This document shows positions 18,459 to 28,628 of a stretch of DNA of 64,000 bases, piece by piece. Within the stretch, counting starts at the first letter, position 1. Every line of letters starts with the position of its first letter. This stretch comes from Alphaproteobacteria bacterium (lineage in GTDB: Bacteria; Pseudomonadota; Alphaproteobacteria; Rickettsiales; JABSSG01): positions 2,808 to 66,807 of the forward strand of contig JAUIIY010000006.1 of NCBI GenBank assembly GCA_030431375.1. Reading direction: 5' to 3'. The notes below the pieces were generated by a model. It ran no database searches, was not told the origin of the DNA, and saw only the letters and a program-made list of their open reading frames with translations. The translations under genes were made by a program, and so were the position numbers.

Positions 18459-20040
18459 ATCGCCCATCTTTACTACCAGGATACATTAGGCTAAAACCAC
18501 CAGACCTGGCATCGATTTTTCTTCTTTCTATGTCTAACTTTTCAGCTTTGGTAATATTTTTCGCAGCATCATAAACCCTAAACACATGCTTAATTTTATT
18601 CCAAAACTCATACATAAAGCTAAATCTTTCAAATTTTGGACCATCATTTTTAAAAGGTAATTTTTTTTCTGGGGCAACCTGGTTTAACCTTGATCTCAGC
18701 TTAATTAGATCAATAGTTTCTTCTGTCACCTTCTCAAGATCCACACCTTCAAACTGATCTTGCTGTTCTTCTGCAAGTCGTAAAACAAGCTTTCTTATAT
18801 GACCTTCTTTTATTTCAACGCCCTCTAAAGACTTGATTTTTGTCTGACCCGCTACTTTTCTTTCCTCGCAAATAATATCAACCAACCTTCCCTCAACCCC
18901 ATATGAAAAAGCTGCCCCTCTTTGTAAACCAAATAACTCACTAAAAGTTTGCCTTACTTCTTGAATAGTAAAATCCTCTTTATCAAAAGGTGGTAGTATT
19001 TTGTCTAGATCTTCATAATTAAGATCCCTAACTAATGTTACTTTACTAACATCGGGTAGTTGGAAATGCCCAAGTGGCATGACCTGCATAGATGAATCCC
19101 TTGGCATTACCGCATAACCCATAGTATCCTGCATCAAAACATCCAATGTTTTATCACTAACGGCTTCTCGGTTGAATGGAATCTTATATTCTGTATTTGT
19201 AACAAAAGCAGGTCTCATGTCTTCCATATCTTCCATCTTCCTAAACAAAATATTTGCCTTTGATCTAATTTTTATTTCATGATTTTTTCTGTCAATGACA
19301 ATTAATTCTGAATGATTTACTTCAGGGTGGTGACCTGGATTTGCTGCTGCGCATAAAATTCCTGTATATGCAGAGCCAGATAGTAAAGCCTTCTGATTAA
19401 GGTTTGTAACTATATTTGCAATTGCTTTATCATCTACACCCTGCTCTCTCATAGCTCTTAAAAAATTTGCGCTTCTACCCTCCTTGGTATCCTCTCTCAT
19501 TTCCGTAATATTTGAATAACCCATAAACTCAAATAATTTACGTTTAGTTTTATCGTCAAATTCAATTTCTAGCTCCCCCATCCTTGGCAAATCAACGTCA
19601 AATGTCTCCATAGATGTTCTTCTAAAGGCATTACTTGCTCTTACCACCGCCTCAGGGTCCCTGTCCTTTACTGCATTATATAAATGGGCTATATAATCCT
19701 CAATCTTTGTACCTTCGCCTCTATCTCTGCAAACCCTAATCATCTCATCAAATTCAGGGCTCCCAACCTGGAGCATTTCAGGACTAAATGATGGGTCAAG
19801 TTGAATCTCAGTTGAACTCTGATCTAGTAAAACCATTCGTACAAAAAGCTTACCTAATTCCTCTAAATATACACCTCTCTTTTCCTCTGAAAGATCACCA
19901 TCAAGTGCATCTTGATATATGTCTTCTAATATTGCCATTTTCTGTGATGCACAATATGCACCGCCTAACAGTAACGAAGAAGTTCCAATATTTTTCTCTT
20001 GATTAATCAGCCCCTCAACATCAATTGCTATACCTAACAT
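18448..20040 (-). CDS. Hypothetical soluble protein, 530 aa, no recognisable domain; effector candidate
   Basis: Long intact ORF with no signal peptide or TM segment. Acidic and helix-rich with a basic Gly/Ser/Arg-rich C-terminal tail ([25 protein letters not shown]). Sits 39 nt downstream of comEC on the same strand. I recognise no family. Confidence 0.7.
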   Translation of the reverse strand: MLGIAIDVEGLINQEKNIGTSSLLLGGAYCASQKMAILEDIYQDALDGDLSEEKRGVYLEELGKLFVRMVLLDQSSTEIQLDPSFSPEMLQVGSPEFDEMIRVCRDRGEGTKIEDYIAHLYNAVKDRDPEAVVRASNAFRRTSMETFDVDLPRMGELEIEFDDKTKRKLFEFMGYSNITEMREDTKEGRSANFLRAMREQGVDDKAIANIVTNLNQKALLSGSAYTGILCAAANPGHHPEVNHSELIVIDRKNHEIKIRSKANILFRKMEDMEDMRPAFVTNTEYKIPFNREAVSDKTLDVLMQDTMGYAVMPRDSSMQVMPLGHFQLPDVSKVTLVRDLNYEDLDKILPPFDKEDFTIQEVRQTFSELFGLQRGAAFSYGVEGRLVDIICEERKVAGQTKIKSLEGVEIKEGHIRKLVLRLAEEQQDQFEGVDLEKVTEETIDLIKLRSRLNQVAPEKKLPFKNDGPKFERFSFMYEFWNKIKHVFRVYDAAKNITKAEKLDIERRKIDARSGGFSLMYPGSKDGRSRS

Positions 20041-20079
20041 AATCCTACAAATATAAATTCCTCTAAATTGTAGAATTTT

Positions 20080-21735
20080 CTATGATATAAAAAAAGACAT
20101 TGCTGAAAAAATAATTCCATAATACCTCCATCTATTCTTCCAAAGACAAAACCAGAGAATTCCTGTAGAAAAAACAAACAACGAAAGATCAGAACATCCA
20201 ACAGATTTAAAATTAAAAGAGTCTAGGTAACGTGAGATCTCTGCAATTTTTAACATCAAAAACAAACCATAATCAATGGGATACAGCATTATCCAACCCA
20301 AAAAATATGGACCAAGGAGAAAAAACAAAACAACCGATGGCATAATCACCAAACTAACAATTGGACTAGCAAAAATATTTGCGATAAGGGAATATATTGA
20401 AAGAAATTGAAAATGATATAACACAAACATCGAGGTAGATAATGTTGCAATGATGGTTGATATCATTGCGCCGCATAAATAATATAAAATCTTATTTTGT
20501 TTATCATCACCATCTCCTGCTAATCTCCTATCTCGATATAACTCGTAAACCGCAACTAGTGCTAAAGTAGCTATAAATGAAAGCTGAAAAGATGGATGGA
20601 AAATTTGCTCTGGTTTTACTAATAAAATCAGAAAAGCCGCAATAGCAATAGATCTTTTCAAATCAATCTGGAGATCAATTATTATTGCTATCATTACCAA
20701 CAAAATCATTAAAAATGCGCGCACAGCAGAGATTTGGATTCCTGTAATTAATAAGTAAAACAAAACAATAAAAGAGGTTAAGAATGCTGCTATTTTTTTT
20801 GTATTATATCTCTGCGAAATATACACAGAAAAGCTCATGGAATAACGCATCATGAAGAAAATTGTTGCAGCAATCAATGTCAAATGTAATCCAGAAACCG
20901 CAAAAATATGGGACAGGCCAGATAATCTGATATTTTCAAGGTCATAGCCATCTATGCCTCCCTTAACACCTACTATCAGCGCAGAAGCTAAACTTCCCGT
21001 TCTTGTGCCAATTTTTTTGTCGATATATTGGCTGATTTGATCACGAAAATAATCAATTTTTTCTATTAAATATAATTTGGAAGAATGCTGAAAAATTTCA
21101 ATTTTATTTCTGGAAAAAGCAGTACCGCTAATATTTTGATAATAATCATTTCTATAAAAATCAAATCCTGTTTTTTCACTTTTTTTGGCTGGTATTATGC
21201 TTGCCTTGAATTTAATAAGATCGCCGATTTTCAGTTCAGGCAAATCATCTTTACTAACTACTCTCAACTTATCTACATTAGTATTTCGTTTATATATTTT
21301 ATTTTGCTCAGTGATTAAAACCATCTTACCATCAAATTTTCTTTTGATGTCTATCACGCGGGCTTTCACCCAAGCTAACTTAATAGGTTGAGATATCATG
21401 GTAGTTTTTGTAGTAGCAAATCGAAAATGGGCAACATTTAATCCCAAAGAAAATAAAACCAATATTAAAATAAGATGTCTTTTTGTGATTTTATATAATA
21501 CACAAACTACAATCAGCAAGACTGGTAAGAAAAAAAATAAATCAGAATTTATAAACTTGAAGAAAAAGGTTATGCCAAATATGTAAGAAACTACATACCA
21601 GAGGGGCCATTGATGGTACTCATCATATAGATTATCTACAAATTTATTTTTTCTTAATCTGAAATAGTCTCCTAAAACTCTGCTATTATGACGTAGAAGA
21701 AGGAGAAATTTTTGCCTCGTAAAACTCTTCACCAA
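20080..21735 (-). CDS. comEC: ComEC/Rec2-family membrane protein without the C-terminal metallo-beta-lactamase domain
   Basis: 551-aa polytopic ORF. Competence-domain signature [19 protein letters not shown]. The ORF ends after the membrane domain. The start is uncertain: ATG 21735 overlaps queH by 50 nt. Confidence 0.82.
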   Translation of the reverse strand: MVKSFTRQKFLLLLRHNSRVLGDYFRLRKNKFVDNLYDEYHQWPLWYVVSYIFGITFFFKFINSDLFFFLPVLLIVVCVLYKITKRHLILILVLFSLGLNVAHFRFATTKTTMISQPIKLAWVKARVIDIKRKFDGKMVLITEQNKIYKRNTNVDKLRVVSKDDLPELKIGDLIKFKASIIPAKKSEKTGFDFYRNDYYQNISGTAFSRNKIEIFQHSSKLYLIEKIDYFRDQISQYIDKKIGTRTGSLASALIVGVKGGIDGYDLENIRLSGLSHIFAVSGLHLTLIAATIFFMMRYSMSFSVYISQRYNTKKIAAFLTSFIVLFYLLITGIQISAVRAFLMILLVMIAIIIDLQIDLKRSIAIAAFLILLVKPEQIFHPSFQLSFIATLALVAVYELYRDRRLAGDGDDKQNKILYYLCGAMISTIIATLSTSMFVLYHFQFLSIYSLIANIFASPIVSLVIMPSVVLFFLLGPYFLGWIMLYPIDYGLFLMLKIAEISRYLDSFNFKSVGCSDLSLFVFSTGILWFCLWKNRWRYYGIIFSAMSFFIS

Positions 21736-22360
21736 TAGTTATCTTGTCCCTATTATTTTTTTCTCTCCACAGATTTGTATCTCTCAGAGAATAGATGCAG
21801 CCACAATATTCTTGTTTATAAAATTTCTCTCTTTTGGCGATTTCATACATACGTTGTGATCCGCCTTCTTTTCTCCAATTATAATCCCAATATTCTACGC
21901 TATCATATCTTGATGCTGCTTTTTCTCCTGAATTATTAATTTGATTCATATCTTTCCAGCGAGAAATACCTAAAGTGGTTGCATATAAACTAAATCCATT
22001 TTCATATGCATAAAGGGCCGAACGTTCAAACCTCATATCAAAACATTCGGAGCATCTTATTCCTCTCTCTGGCTCATACTCCATTCCCTTAACACGGTGA
22101 AACCAATTTTGAACGTCATAGTCAGCATCAATAAATTCAATACCCATTTTTTCAGCAAAACGAATATTTTCATTCTTTCTGATTTCATATTCTTTTTTTG
22201 GGTGAATATTTGGATTATAAAAGAAAATAGAGAATTTAATGTCATTTGCTAATAGCTGTTCCATTAATTCGCCAGCACATGGCGCGCAACAACTATGTAA
22301 CAGAAGATTCTCATGCCCTGATGGCAGCTCGAGATTTACCTTTTTCTCTATTTTCATCAA
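21686..22360 (-). CDS. queH: Epoxyqueuosine reductase QueH (DUF208)
   Basis: 224-aa [16 protein letters not shown] and the C-terminal YKQEYCGC cysteine motifs are typical of QueH. Confidence 0.85.
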   Translation of the reverse strand: MMKIEKKVNLELPSGHENLLLHSCCAPCAGELMEQLLANDIKFSIFFYNPNIHPKKEYEIRKNENIRFAEKMGIEFIDADYDVQNWFHRVKGMEYEPERGIRCSECFDMRFERSALYAYENGFSLYATTLGISRWKDMNQINNSGEKAASRYDSVEYWDYNWRKEGGSQRMYEIAKREKFYKQEYCGCIYSLRDTNLWREKNNRDKITIGEEFYEAKISPSSTS

Positions 22361-22373
22361 TTATAAAATTAAA

Positions 22374-23627
22374 CTAGTTCAGTTTATTTCTATAAGTTTC
22401 TTTATAATATTTCAAGGTAATTAATGTCATGATACAGAAGAAGATAATATACATCGCTACTATATCGTATCTACCACTATTTTTAATAAGCCAGGTGGCT
22501 GCCAAAGGAGCGGTACCACCAAACGCAGCTGCACTAAAATTATATGATGCAGCAACTCCGGTAAATCTTACTCTGGTAGGGAATAATTCAACTAATGCAG
22601 CCGGAATTGGACCCATATATATACCAACAAAAATGGCAAATATTATTTGGGATATCATTACTAGATCAAGACCACCCTTAATCAATAACCAAAATATTGG
22701 ATAAATAAAGATTATAAATCCATATGTAGAATATTTTAAAACTGGTTTTCTGCCGTAGATATCCGACAACCAAGCAGATATTGGCATGATCAACATTGCA
22801 AGAGTAAGTGTAATCAGATGGACATAAAGCGCCGTATCATAATCATAATTCAGATTTCTTATCATGAATGATTTGATAAACATCGTGAAAGTATAAAACG
22901 GCACCGTTACGGTTAGATATAGTCCAACTGCAATCAACAACTCAGGTAGATAGCCTGAAAGAATTTCTCTTACTGGCTTTGACGAAAGTTCATTACGCTT
23001 TTTTGCTTCTAGGTATACTGGGCTCTCATGCAAGCTAACCCTTACATAGATACCAATTAACCCGATTAGAATACCAATTAAGAATGGTACTCTCCAGCCC
23101 CAACTTTCAAATGCTACAGGATCCATAGACCTTGATACAATCGTAGCAACGATAGAGCCAAGTAGCATACCAGCGCATAAGCTCACCATACTAGCACTAC
23201 CTATAAGGCCTCTTTTTTTCATAGGCGAATATTCCACTAAGAACGCAATACAACCACTAAACTCACCTCCTATTGAAGCGCCTTGTATAAGCCTGATAAG
23301 GCATAAGAGGATAGGAGCCCAAATACCAATTTGCTCGTATGTTGGCAATAAACCTATACAGGCTGTTGGCAAAGCCATCATCAGAATAGAAATTGATAAG
23401 GAGACTTTCCTTCCGAATTTATCACCTATATAACCAAAAATTACCGCACCAACCGGACGCATGACAAATCCAGCTGCAAAGATAGTATAGGTTGCAAGGG
23501 TACCTGCATATGGATCTGCTGTTGGGAAAAATAATTTCGTAATGATATGAACAAAATGCCCATATAAAGCAAAATCATACCACTCTAAGGCATTTCCAAT
23601 CATTCCTGATATAACAACTCTATACAT
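22374..23627 (-). CDS. MFS transporter, metabolite:H+ symporter (ProP-like) family
   Basis: 417-aa 12-TM ORF. GNALEWYDFALYG and GYIGDKFGRK are hallmarks of ProP/MHS-type MFS proteins. Confidence 0.85.
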   Translation of the reverse strand: MYRVVISGMIGNALEWYDFALYGHFVHIITKLFFPTADPYAGTLATYTIFAAGFVMRPVGAVIFGYIGDKFGRKVSLSISILMMALPTACIGLLPTYEQIGIWAPILLCLIRLIQGASIGGEFSGCIAFLVEYSPMKKRGLIGSASMVSLCAGMLLGSIVATIVSRSMDPVAFESWGWRVPFLIGILIGLIGIYVRVSLHESPVYLEAKKRNELSSKPVREILSGYLPELLIAVGLYLTVTVPFYTFTMFIKSFMIRNLNYDYDTALYVHLITLTLAMLIMPISAWLSDIYGRKPVLKYSTYGFIIFIYPIFWLLIKGGLDLVMISQIIFAIFVGIYMGPIPAALVELFPTRVRFTGVAASYNFSAAAFGGTAPLAATWLIKNSGRYDIVAMYIIFFCIMTLITLKYYKETYRNKLN

Positions 23628-23695
23628 CTACTACTCCTTTTACCCTTTTTTTAAGAATCCCAAATGCTATTCTATATTAAAAAAAAATCAACAAA

Positions 23696-24544
23696 TTATT
23701 TTAGCCCTTCAATATAGAAGTCTGGTTGGAATCCATATTCTAAAAATAATCTATCTAACGCATTTCTATCAGAAAAATCAACATCCCTATGATAACCTTT
23801 ACCAACTAATAGGGACCTTATTCCTGTGTTTTTTGCCCCTCTAACGTCTGTGTGTAAAGAATCACCAATCATAAGAATCTTGTCCTTAGAAATATTATCC
23901 GGCAAGTTAATTTTTTTAAATAAATATTCATAAATTTCTTTATAGGGCTTCCCAAAATATAGAACCTCTCCGCCTGCTTCTTCGTATATTTTTGCAAAAT
24001 ATCCTGGTGTATAACGCATCTCCCCACCATGTGGCGCTCTGATATCGGGATTAGAGCAAATTAAAGGGAGTGAGGTGTCAGAGGCTAATTTTCTGGTCTC
24101 ATCCACAACTTTTTCGGTCTCGTGTTTATCAGAACTAAAGAAAGAACATATGATATAATCTGCGTCAGAATGTGAATTAACTAGATTGAGATAATTCTCT
24201 ATAAGGAAATTCTTATTTCTCTCCACTCCAAAAAAATAAAAATTTTTGTTAATGAGCTTAGGATCTGATTTACAACTGTGAATAAAGAAATCCCCTGAAG
24301 TAACAAAATTATCCAAATTAATATAATCAAGGCCCTGCTCAGCAAGATATTCATAACTTTTTTTTGATGAACTAGGTGAATTTGATAAAAAAACAGCTTT
24401 TTTGCCAGCTTTAATAACAGATTGAATGAAACCAAGTGAATCTTTATATAAAGATACACCATTATGCACTACGCCACACAGGTCAAAAACAAAAATTTCA
24501 AACTGATCTGTTAGATCAACTAACCTATTTAGTTTAATAGACAA
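23696..24544 (-). CDS. HAD-superfamily class IIA hydrolase
   Basis: 282-aa ORF. Motif I FVFDLCGVVHNG, LSNSP, and motif IV MIGDSLHTDVRGA. Confidence 0.75.
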   Translation of the reverse strand: MSIKLNRLVDLTDQFEIFVFDLCGVVHNGVSLYKDSLGFIQSVIKAGKKAVFLSNSPSSSKKSYEYLAEQGLDYINLDNFVTSGDFFIHSCKSDPKLINKNFYFFGVERNKNFLIENYLNLVNSHSDADYIICSFFSSDKHETEKVVDETRKLASDTSLPLICSNPDIRAPHGGEMRYTPGYFAKIYEEAGGEVLYFGKPYKEIYEYLFKKINLPDNISKDKILMIGDSLHTDVRGAKNTGIRSLLVGKGYHRDVDFSDRNALDRLFLEYGFQPDFYIEGLK

Positions 24545-24549
24545 GAAAT

Positions 24550-24927
24550 CTACTTATTGGTGTAATCTTTCTTTTCTCTGATTCTTGCCGCTTTACCACG
24601 AAGAGCTCTCATATAATATAATTTAGCCCTGCGAACTATACCTTTTTTAACGACAGTAATTTTTACGATTTTAGGTGAATATAGGTAGAAAGTTCTTTCT
24701 ACACCTTCATTGTTACTAATTTTTCTTACTGTGAACGTAGAATTAACACCTTTTGATCTTCTTCTGATGCAAAGACCTTCATATGCCTGAATTCTCTCAT
24801 TACTTCCTTCAATAATTTTCACTTCAACTTTAACAGTATCACCTGCTTTAAACTCAGGTATTTCTTTGCCTTCTGCTAGTTTTGTTTGATGTTTTTGTTC
24901 AAATTCTTGTAATAAGTTCATTTTCAC
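24550..24927 (-). CDS. rplS: 50S ribosomal protein L19
   Basis: 125-aa [38 protein letters not shown]...VRKIS.GEGVERTF.LYSPKI pattern. Lies downstream of trmD. Confidence 0.95.
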   Translation of the reverse strand: MKMNLLQEFEQKHQTKLAEGKEIPEFKAGDTVKVEVKIIEGSNERIQAYEGLCIRRRSKGVNSTFTVRKISNNEGVERTFYLYSPKIVKITVVKKGIVRRAKLYYMRALRGKAARIREKKDYTNK

Positions 24928-24987
24928 CTCGAAGATGTAGAAAAATTAGTAGACAGAGTATATGATATTTTTTTCAAAAAACAACTA

Positions 24988-25704
24988 CTAATCATTTAAT
25001 TTATTTAAATAACGCTCCCACAAATCTTTTCTCCTGGTTTTTGTAAGATTTTTGGCCTGTTCTAGCCTCCATAAATCCACCTTCTTGTGATCACCTGATA
25101 GCAATATCTCAGGTATCTCCATTCCCTTCCATTTATTTGGTTTTGTATAATGCGGATACTCAAGTAGATTCTCAAATTTCTCACCTAAAAAACTCTCCTC
25201 GTCATGCACCTCTTTTCCACCCAAAACTCCGGGAATTAATCGCAAGCAACAATCTATTATGACTTGCACTGCAATCTCTCCACCCGATAAAACATAATCT
25301 CCAATACTAATTTCCTCGATATCATAATAATCCAGAACCCTTTGATCCACACCTTCGTAACGCCCACAAATGAACATAGAACTACCATGAGCTAGTATTT
25401 CCGAAGCTTTTTTTTGATTAAAAACACATCCTCGCGGGGAAAGCATGTATTTCTTCATATGCAAACCGTTATCCTCTATGGCACGTGCAAGAACGTCCGG
25501 CTTTATAACCATGCCATTTCCACCACCAGCAGGTCTGTCATCCACAGTATGGTGCTTGTCTGTTGCGTAGTCACGAATATTGATAGCCTCAAGGTCCCAC
25601 AGCTCCCCACGAGATCTTCCTGTTACAGAATAATCAAGACATCCAGGGAACATTTCCGGAAATAAAGTAAGTATTTTTACAGAAAATTTAGGAGTGGCAG
25701 TCAC
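24988..25704 (-). CDS. trmD: tRNA (guanine37-N1)-methyltransferase
   Basis: 238-aa ORF. ILTLFPEMFPG, DDRPAGGGNGMV, CGRYEGVDQRV, SIGDYVLSGGE. GTG start forms a GTGA overlap with the stop of the upstream ankyrin gene. Confidence 0.93.
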   Translation of the reverse strand: MTATPKFSVKILTLFPEMFPGCLDYSVTGRSRGELWDLEAINIRDYATDKHHTVDDRPAGGGNGMVIKPDVLARAIEDNGLHMKKYMLSPRGCVFNQKKASEILAHGSSMFICGRYEGVDQRVLDYYDIEEISIGDYVLSGGEIAVQVIIDCCLRLIPGVLGGKEVHDEESFLGEKFENLLEYPHYTKPNKWKGMEIPEILLSGDHKKVDLWRLEQAKNLTKTRRKDLWERYLNKLND

Positions 25705-26564
25705 AGACTATTCTTTTTCTTAAAGTGTAGTCTTCTTTTTTTATTTTTTGGGGCATTTCTTTTTATCAACTTAAGAATCTCTTGGTCGTCATTAAATAAT
25801 GCATAATCATATGCTGATTGACCATTTGCATCTTTATAATAAGGATTAGCACCATTCAATAAAAGTAAAGCTACAAGCTCAGAATTACCATTTCTCGCTG
25901 CAAATATTAGGGGCGTTACACCGTCATTATTTACTTGATCAAGATATATACCTCTATAAATTAGCATTCTAGCAATATTGTTATTATTACTATTAATTGC
26001 GCTAACTAAAAGGTTATTGCCTTGCTTGTCTTGCGAATTAAGTAAATTGAAATTATCAAGCAACCCTCTCACCGCTTCCTCATTCCCATTACTCACTGAA
26101 TCAAATATCCACGCTTCAAGTTCACTTTTATAAAAAGGTTTTGGAATATGATTATTATACGATGTGTATACATTCCCAGGTAAGTACACTGTTTTAAAGT
26201 TCGTTGAGAGGAACTTATTTAGTCTTTCAATCGCCTGAATTTCTGAAGAAGATTTTTCCAAATCGCTTAACTGCATAATTCTCTTAAATACTGAAGCTGC
26301 AGAAACTTGAGGCATTTTTACCTCTGGATTCACATATTGATAGAAAAAAGCTACTTTTTCTTGCTCCGGAAAGGACGTAATGATTGTTTTAAAGTAATTA
26401 TAATTAGCCTTATTTCTTTTTCTCTGGAATACCCTATTATCGCCATAGTTAGTTGGCTTGAAATTTTTCTGCACAGGTACATCAGCTCTGGCACTAGTTG
26501 AGGTAAAGAAAAGCAAAAATACCAATAATTTTAACACTAATGTGCCTTTTTTTCTAACCACCAT
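25701..26564 (-). CDS. Sec-signal ankyrin-repeat protein with a strongly basic C-terminal tail
   Basis: 287-aa ORF. Signal peptide MVVRKKGTLVLKLLVFLLFFTSTSARA/D. About three ANK repeats (GNNLLVSAINSNNNNIARMLIYRGIYLDQVNNDGVTPLIFAARNGNSELVALLLLNGANPYYKDANGQSAYDYAL). Tail KRNAPKNKKRRLHFKKKNSL. AGGG is placed 6 nt upstream of the ATG. Confidence 0.85.
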   Translation of the reverse strand: MVVRKKGTLVLKLLVFLLFFTSTSARADVPVQKNFKPTNYGDNRVFQRKRNKANYNYFKTIITSFPEQEKVAFFYQYVNPEVKMPQVSAASVFKRIMQLSDLEKSSSEIQAIERLNKFLSTNFKTVYLPGNVYTSYNNHIPKPFYKSELEAWIFDSVSNGNEEAVRGLLDNFNLLNSQDKQGNNLLVSAINSNNNNIARMLIYRGIYLDQVNNDGVTPLIFAARNGNSELVALLLLNGANPYYKDANGQSAYDYALFNDDQEILKLIKRNAPKNKKRRLHFKKKNSL

Positions 26565-26576
26565 GTTTACCCTACG

Positions 26577-27002
26577 TTAATCAGCTTCACGCATCATTTT
26601 AATTATTTCTTTGTGAACTAAATCATGGACTAAATATTTAAGGTTTTTTTCTGCCCAAACCTTAAATGTTTTTCTCAGCTCCCTTCTTATCAAGAATTCA
26701 ATTTTTTCCTGATCAAGGCCACCATATATAGATTTTTCTGCGGCTTCCGTAATTGTCTGTTTTATACTACTCGCATCAAAATTTTTTAGTTCATTATTGA
26801 TGCTAGCATTGTTTATGCCTTCGTACAACTCATAGTGATTATCAGGAGTAATAGACGAAGAAATATGTGACTCAGTTTCAATATTAACGACCTCGGTTAA
26901 CTCAATCACTCGATCTTGTTCACCCACACTCTCTTCACGGTCTCTAAGCTTAGCCTTTATATTACGTAGAACATGATCTATATCAAAATCTTGATCATTC
27001 AT
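26577..27002 (-). CDS. DUF2497 / PopZ-like protein
   Basis: 141-aa acidic ORF. The N-terminal helix DIDHVLRNIKAKL resembles PopZ MEEILASIRRII. The C-terminal IEFLIRRELRKTFKVWAEKNLKYLVHDLVHKEIIKMMRE resembles the PopZ/DUF2497 C-terminal domain. It lies directly downstream of tolC, as in many alphaproteobacteria. Confidence 0.7.
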   Translation of the reverse strand: MNDQDFDIDHVLRNIKAKLRDREESVGEQDRVIELTEVVNIETESHISSSITPDNHYELYEGINNASINNELKNFDASSIKQTITEAAEKSIYGGLDQEKIEFLIRRELRKTFKVWAEKNLKYLVHDLVHKEIIKMMREAD

Positions 27003-27005
27003 ATT

Positions 27006-28355
27006 TTAAAAAGATCCTATAAGCTGCTTTGTAATTTTGTTATAATTGTCCATTGGATCGTATAGATTAACGTCCAATTTCAACTCTTTAGCTGTCATTT
27101 CTCCAATCTGAGACTTTAAAGCATAGAAATTAGCAAGGTAATTTACTTGTTCTGACAACAAACTGATTTTACTATCAAAAAACTCGTTTTGCGCAAGGAT
27201 AACATCAGTAATATCCCTGGTGCCCGCTTGCTCTTCTATCTTCATTCCTTCCCAGGCTTGCTTAGCATAATCGACAGCATCATTTCTAGCATTCATAGAA
27301 GCTTTCGCAATTTGGAAATTCTGCCAGGCTCTAACCGTTGACTCATAAACAGAATTATTAGCGGCTCTCACCGCAAAGCCCCTGCTTGCTGCTTCCCTTT
27401 TGGCAGCTCTTAAAGAAGACCAATTTCTTCCACCAGAGAAAATGGGCACTGTGATTCCCATTGTTGTAGTATTATTATAGGTGCTGCCCGAAACAAGAGC
27501 AGCATTAGCTTTTGACCTAGAAAATTGCAGAGACGCCGATGGTAAGAGGTTTGACCTAGTCGCCATCACTTTAGCATCAGTAGCCGCTTTGTTGTGTTTG
27601 CTAATATTAATTGTAGGATTCTTTTGGAAAGCTACGCTAACTGCATCATCAACGTTAGATGGTAGAACAACTTCGAGGTGAGGCATTTTTAAGTTTTCAG
27701 CTTCAACGCCAACCAATGAGTAAAAGGCAGCTTTAGCTGATCTTAAATTACCTTCTGCACTTATCCTATCTGATATGGACTTAGAATATTGCGCTTCCGA
27801 TCTAGAAACATCCGTTTTAGTTAGCTCCCCTGCTTTGAATTTTTCCTTAGTCGAATACACCAAGGTTCTATAGCTTGCGACTTTATTTTCTTGAATCTCA
27901 AGAGTATCCTGAGCTTGCACCACACTTAAATAGGCTTTCACAACATTCAGCAAAACATCTTGCTCCGCCTTAGACATCTCATATCTAGCAGCTTGCACAA
28001 TATTTTTTGCAGTCGCTACATTTGCAATGTCCCTACCACCATTAAAAACATCTTGTTTAATGCTTAGCGATGAAGAGGCACTTGAAGAATCATAATCAGT
28101 AGCATTTTGGTAACCTGACAAAGTTTGTCTAGGATAATTTTTAACATTATTTATTTGCTTTTGTCTTTGCGCAGTAATTGTTGGCAAGAATCCTGAGATT
28201 GCCTGCATAACCTGCTCGTCTGTTTTCTTTAGATCTTCTCTTTGAGCCTTGAGAGTAGGATTGTAATCATATGCTTGCTCTAGAGCTGTTTTCAAATCTA
28301 AAGCATTTGCACTTACGCCGCATAAAATCGTAATAAAAGTAATAAGTTTTTTCAT
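27006..28355 (-). CDS. tolC: TolC-family outer membrane channel
   Basis: 449-aa ORF. Signal peptide MKKLITFITILCGVSANA, then LKTALEQAYDYNPTLKAQ and two OEP repeats. Confidence 0.9.
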   Translation of the reverse strand: MKKLITFITILCGVSANALDLKTALEQAYDYNPTLKAQREDLKKTDEQVMQAISGFLPTITAQRQKQINNVKNYPRQTLSGYQNATDYDSSSASSSLSIKQDVFNGGRDIANVATAKNIVQAARYEMSKAEQDVLLNVVKAYLSVVQAQDTLEIQENKVASYRTLVYSTKEKFKAGELTKTDVSRSEAQYSKSISDRISAEGNLRSAKAAFYSLVGVEAENLKMPHLEVVLPSNVDDAVSVAFQKNPTINISKHNKAATDAKVMATRSNLLPSASLQFSRSKANAALVSGSTYNNTTTMGITVPIFSGGRNWSSLRAAKREAASRGFAVRAANNSVYESTVRAWQNFQIAKASMNARNDAVDYAKQAWEGMKIEEQAGTRDITDVILAQNEFFDSKISLLSEQVNYLANFYALKSQIGEMTAKELKLDVNLYDPMDNYNKITKQLIGSF

Positions 28356-28484
28356 ATTTCAGAAACATTTCATTTGTTAAACCAAGGCCGATTTTAGCAC
28401 CCGAAATATAAAAAGTAAATTGGGCATGCGATTTTACTTGATAAATTTTCATTTGAGTATTAAAAATATCAACCTAACTTGCTT

Positions 28485-28559
28485 GGCCGGATAGCAAAGT
28501 GGTAATGCCGGGGACTGCAAATCCTCTATTCGTCGGTTCGATTCCGACTCCGGCCTCCA
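28485..28559 (+). tRNA. tRNA-Cys (anticodon GCA)
   Basis: Hand-folded cloverleaf. Acceptor GGCCGGA/TCCGGCC, anticodon stem GGGGA/TCCTC, loop CTGCAAA (GCA at 28517-28519), T-arm GGTTCGATTCC, encoded CCA. Confidence 0.95.
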
Positions 28560-28628
28560 TCCTAAGTTACTCACCTTACGATTAGTTCGAATACCAGATT
28601 TTACTACACGGAATCATCAATAGATTAG

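Noticed and set aside
18448-20040. Impression that the 530-aa orphan is more GC-rich than its neighbours (recent horizontal transfer)
   Set aside because: This is only a visual impression that I could not quantify. The difference, if any, looks small, so I do not claim atypical composition. A GC3 and codon-usage calculation would be needed.
28267-28452. 61-aa minus-strand ORF upstream of and overlapping the tolC start
   Set aside because: It overlaps the tolC signal-peptide codons in another frame and has no motif. The tolC start at 28355 gives a canonical signal peptide.
28485-28628. tRNA-Cys (and tRNA-Asp at 59087-59319) as possible integration sites of a genomic island
   Set aside because: There is no integrase or phage gene nearby. 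I found no direct repeat of either tRNA 3' end in the flanking sequence, and the neighbours are core genes (tolC, kdsA, the mrp-type operon, ptrB).
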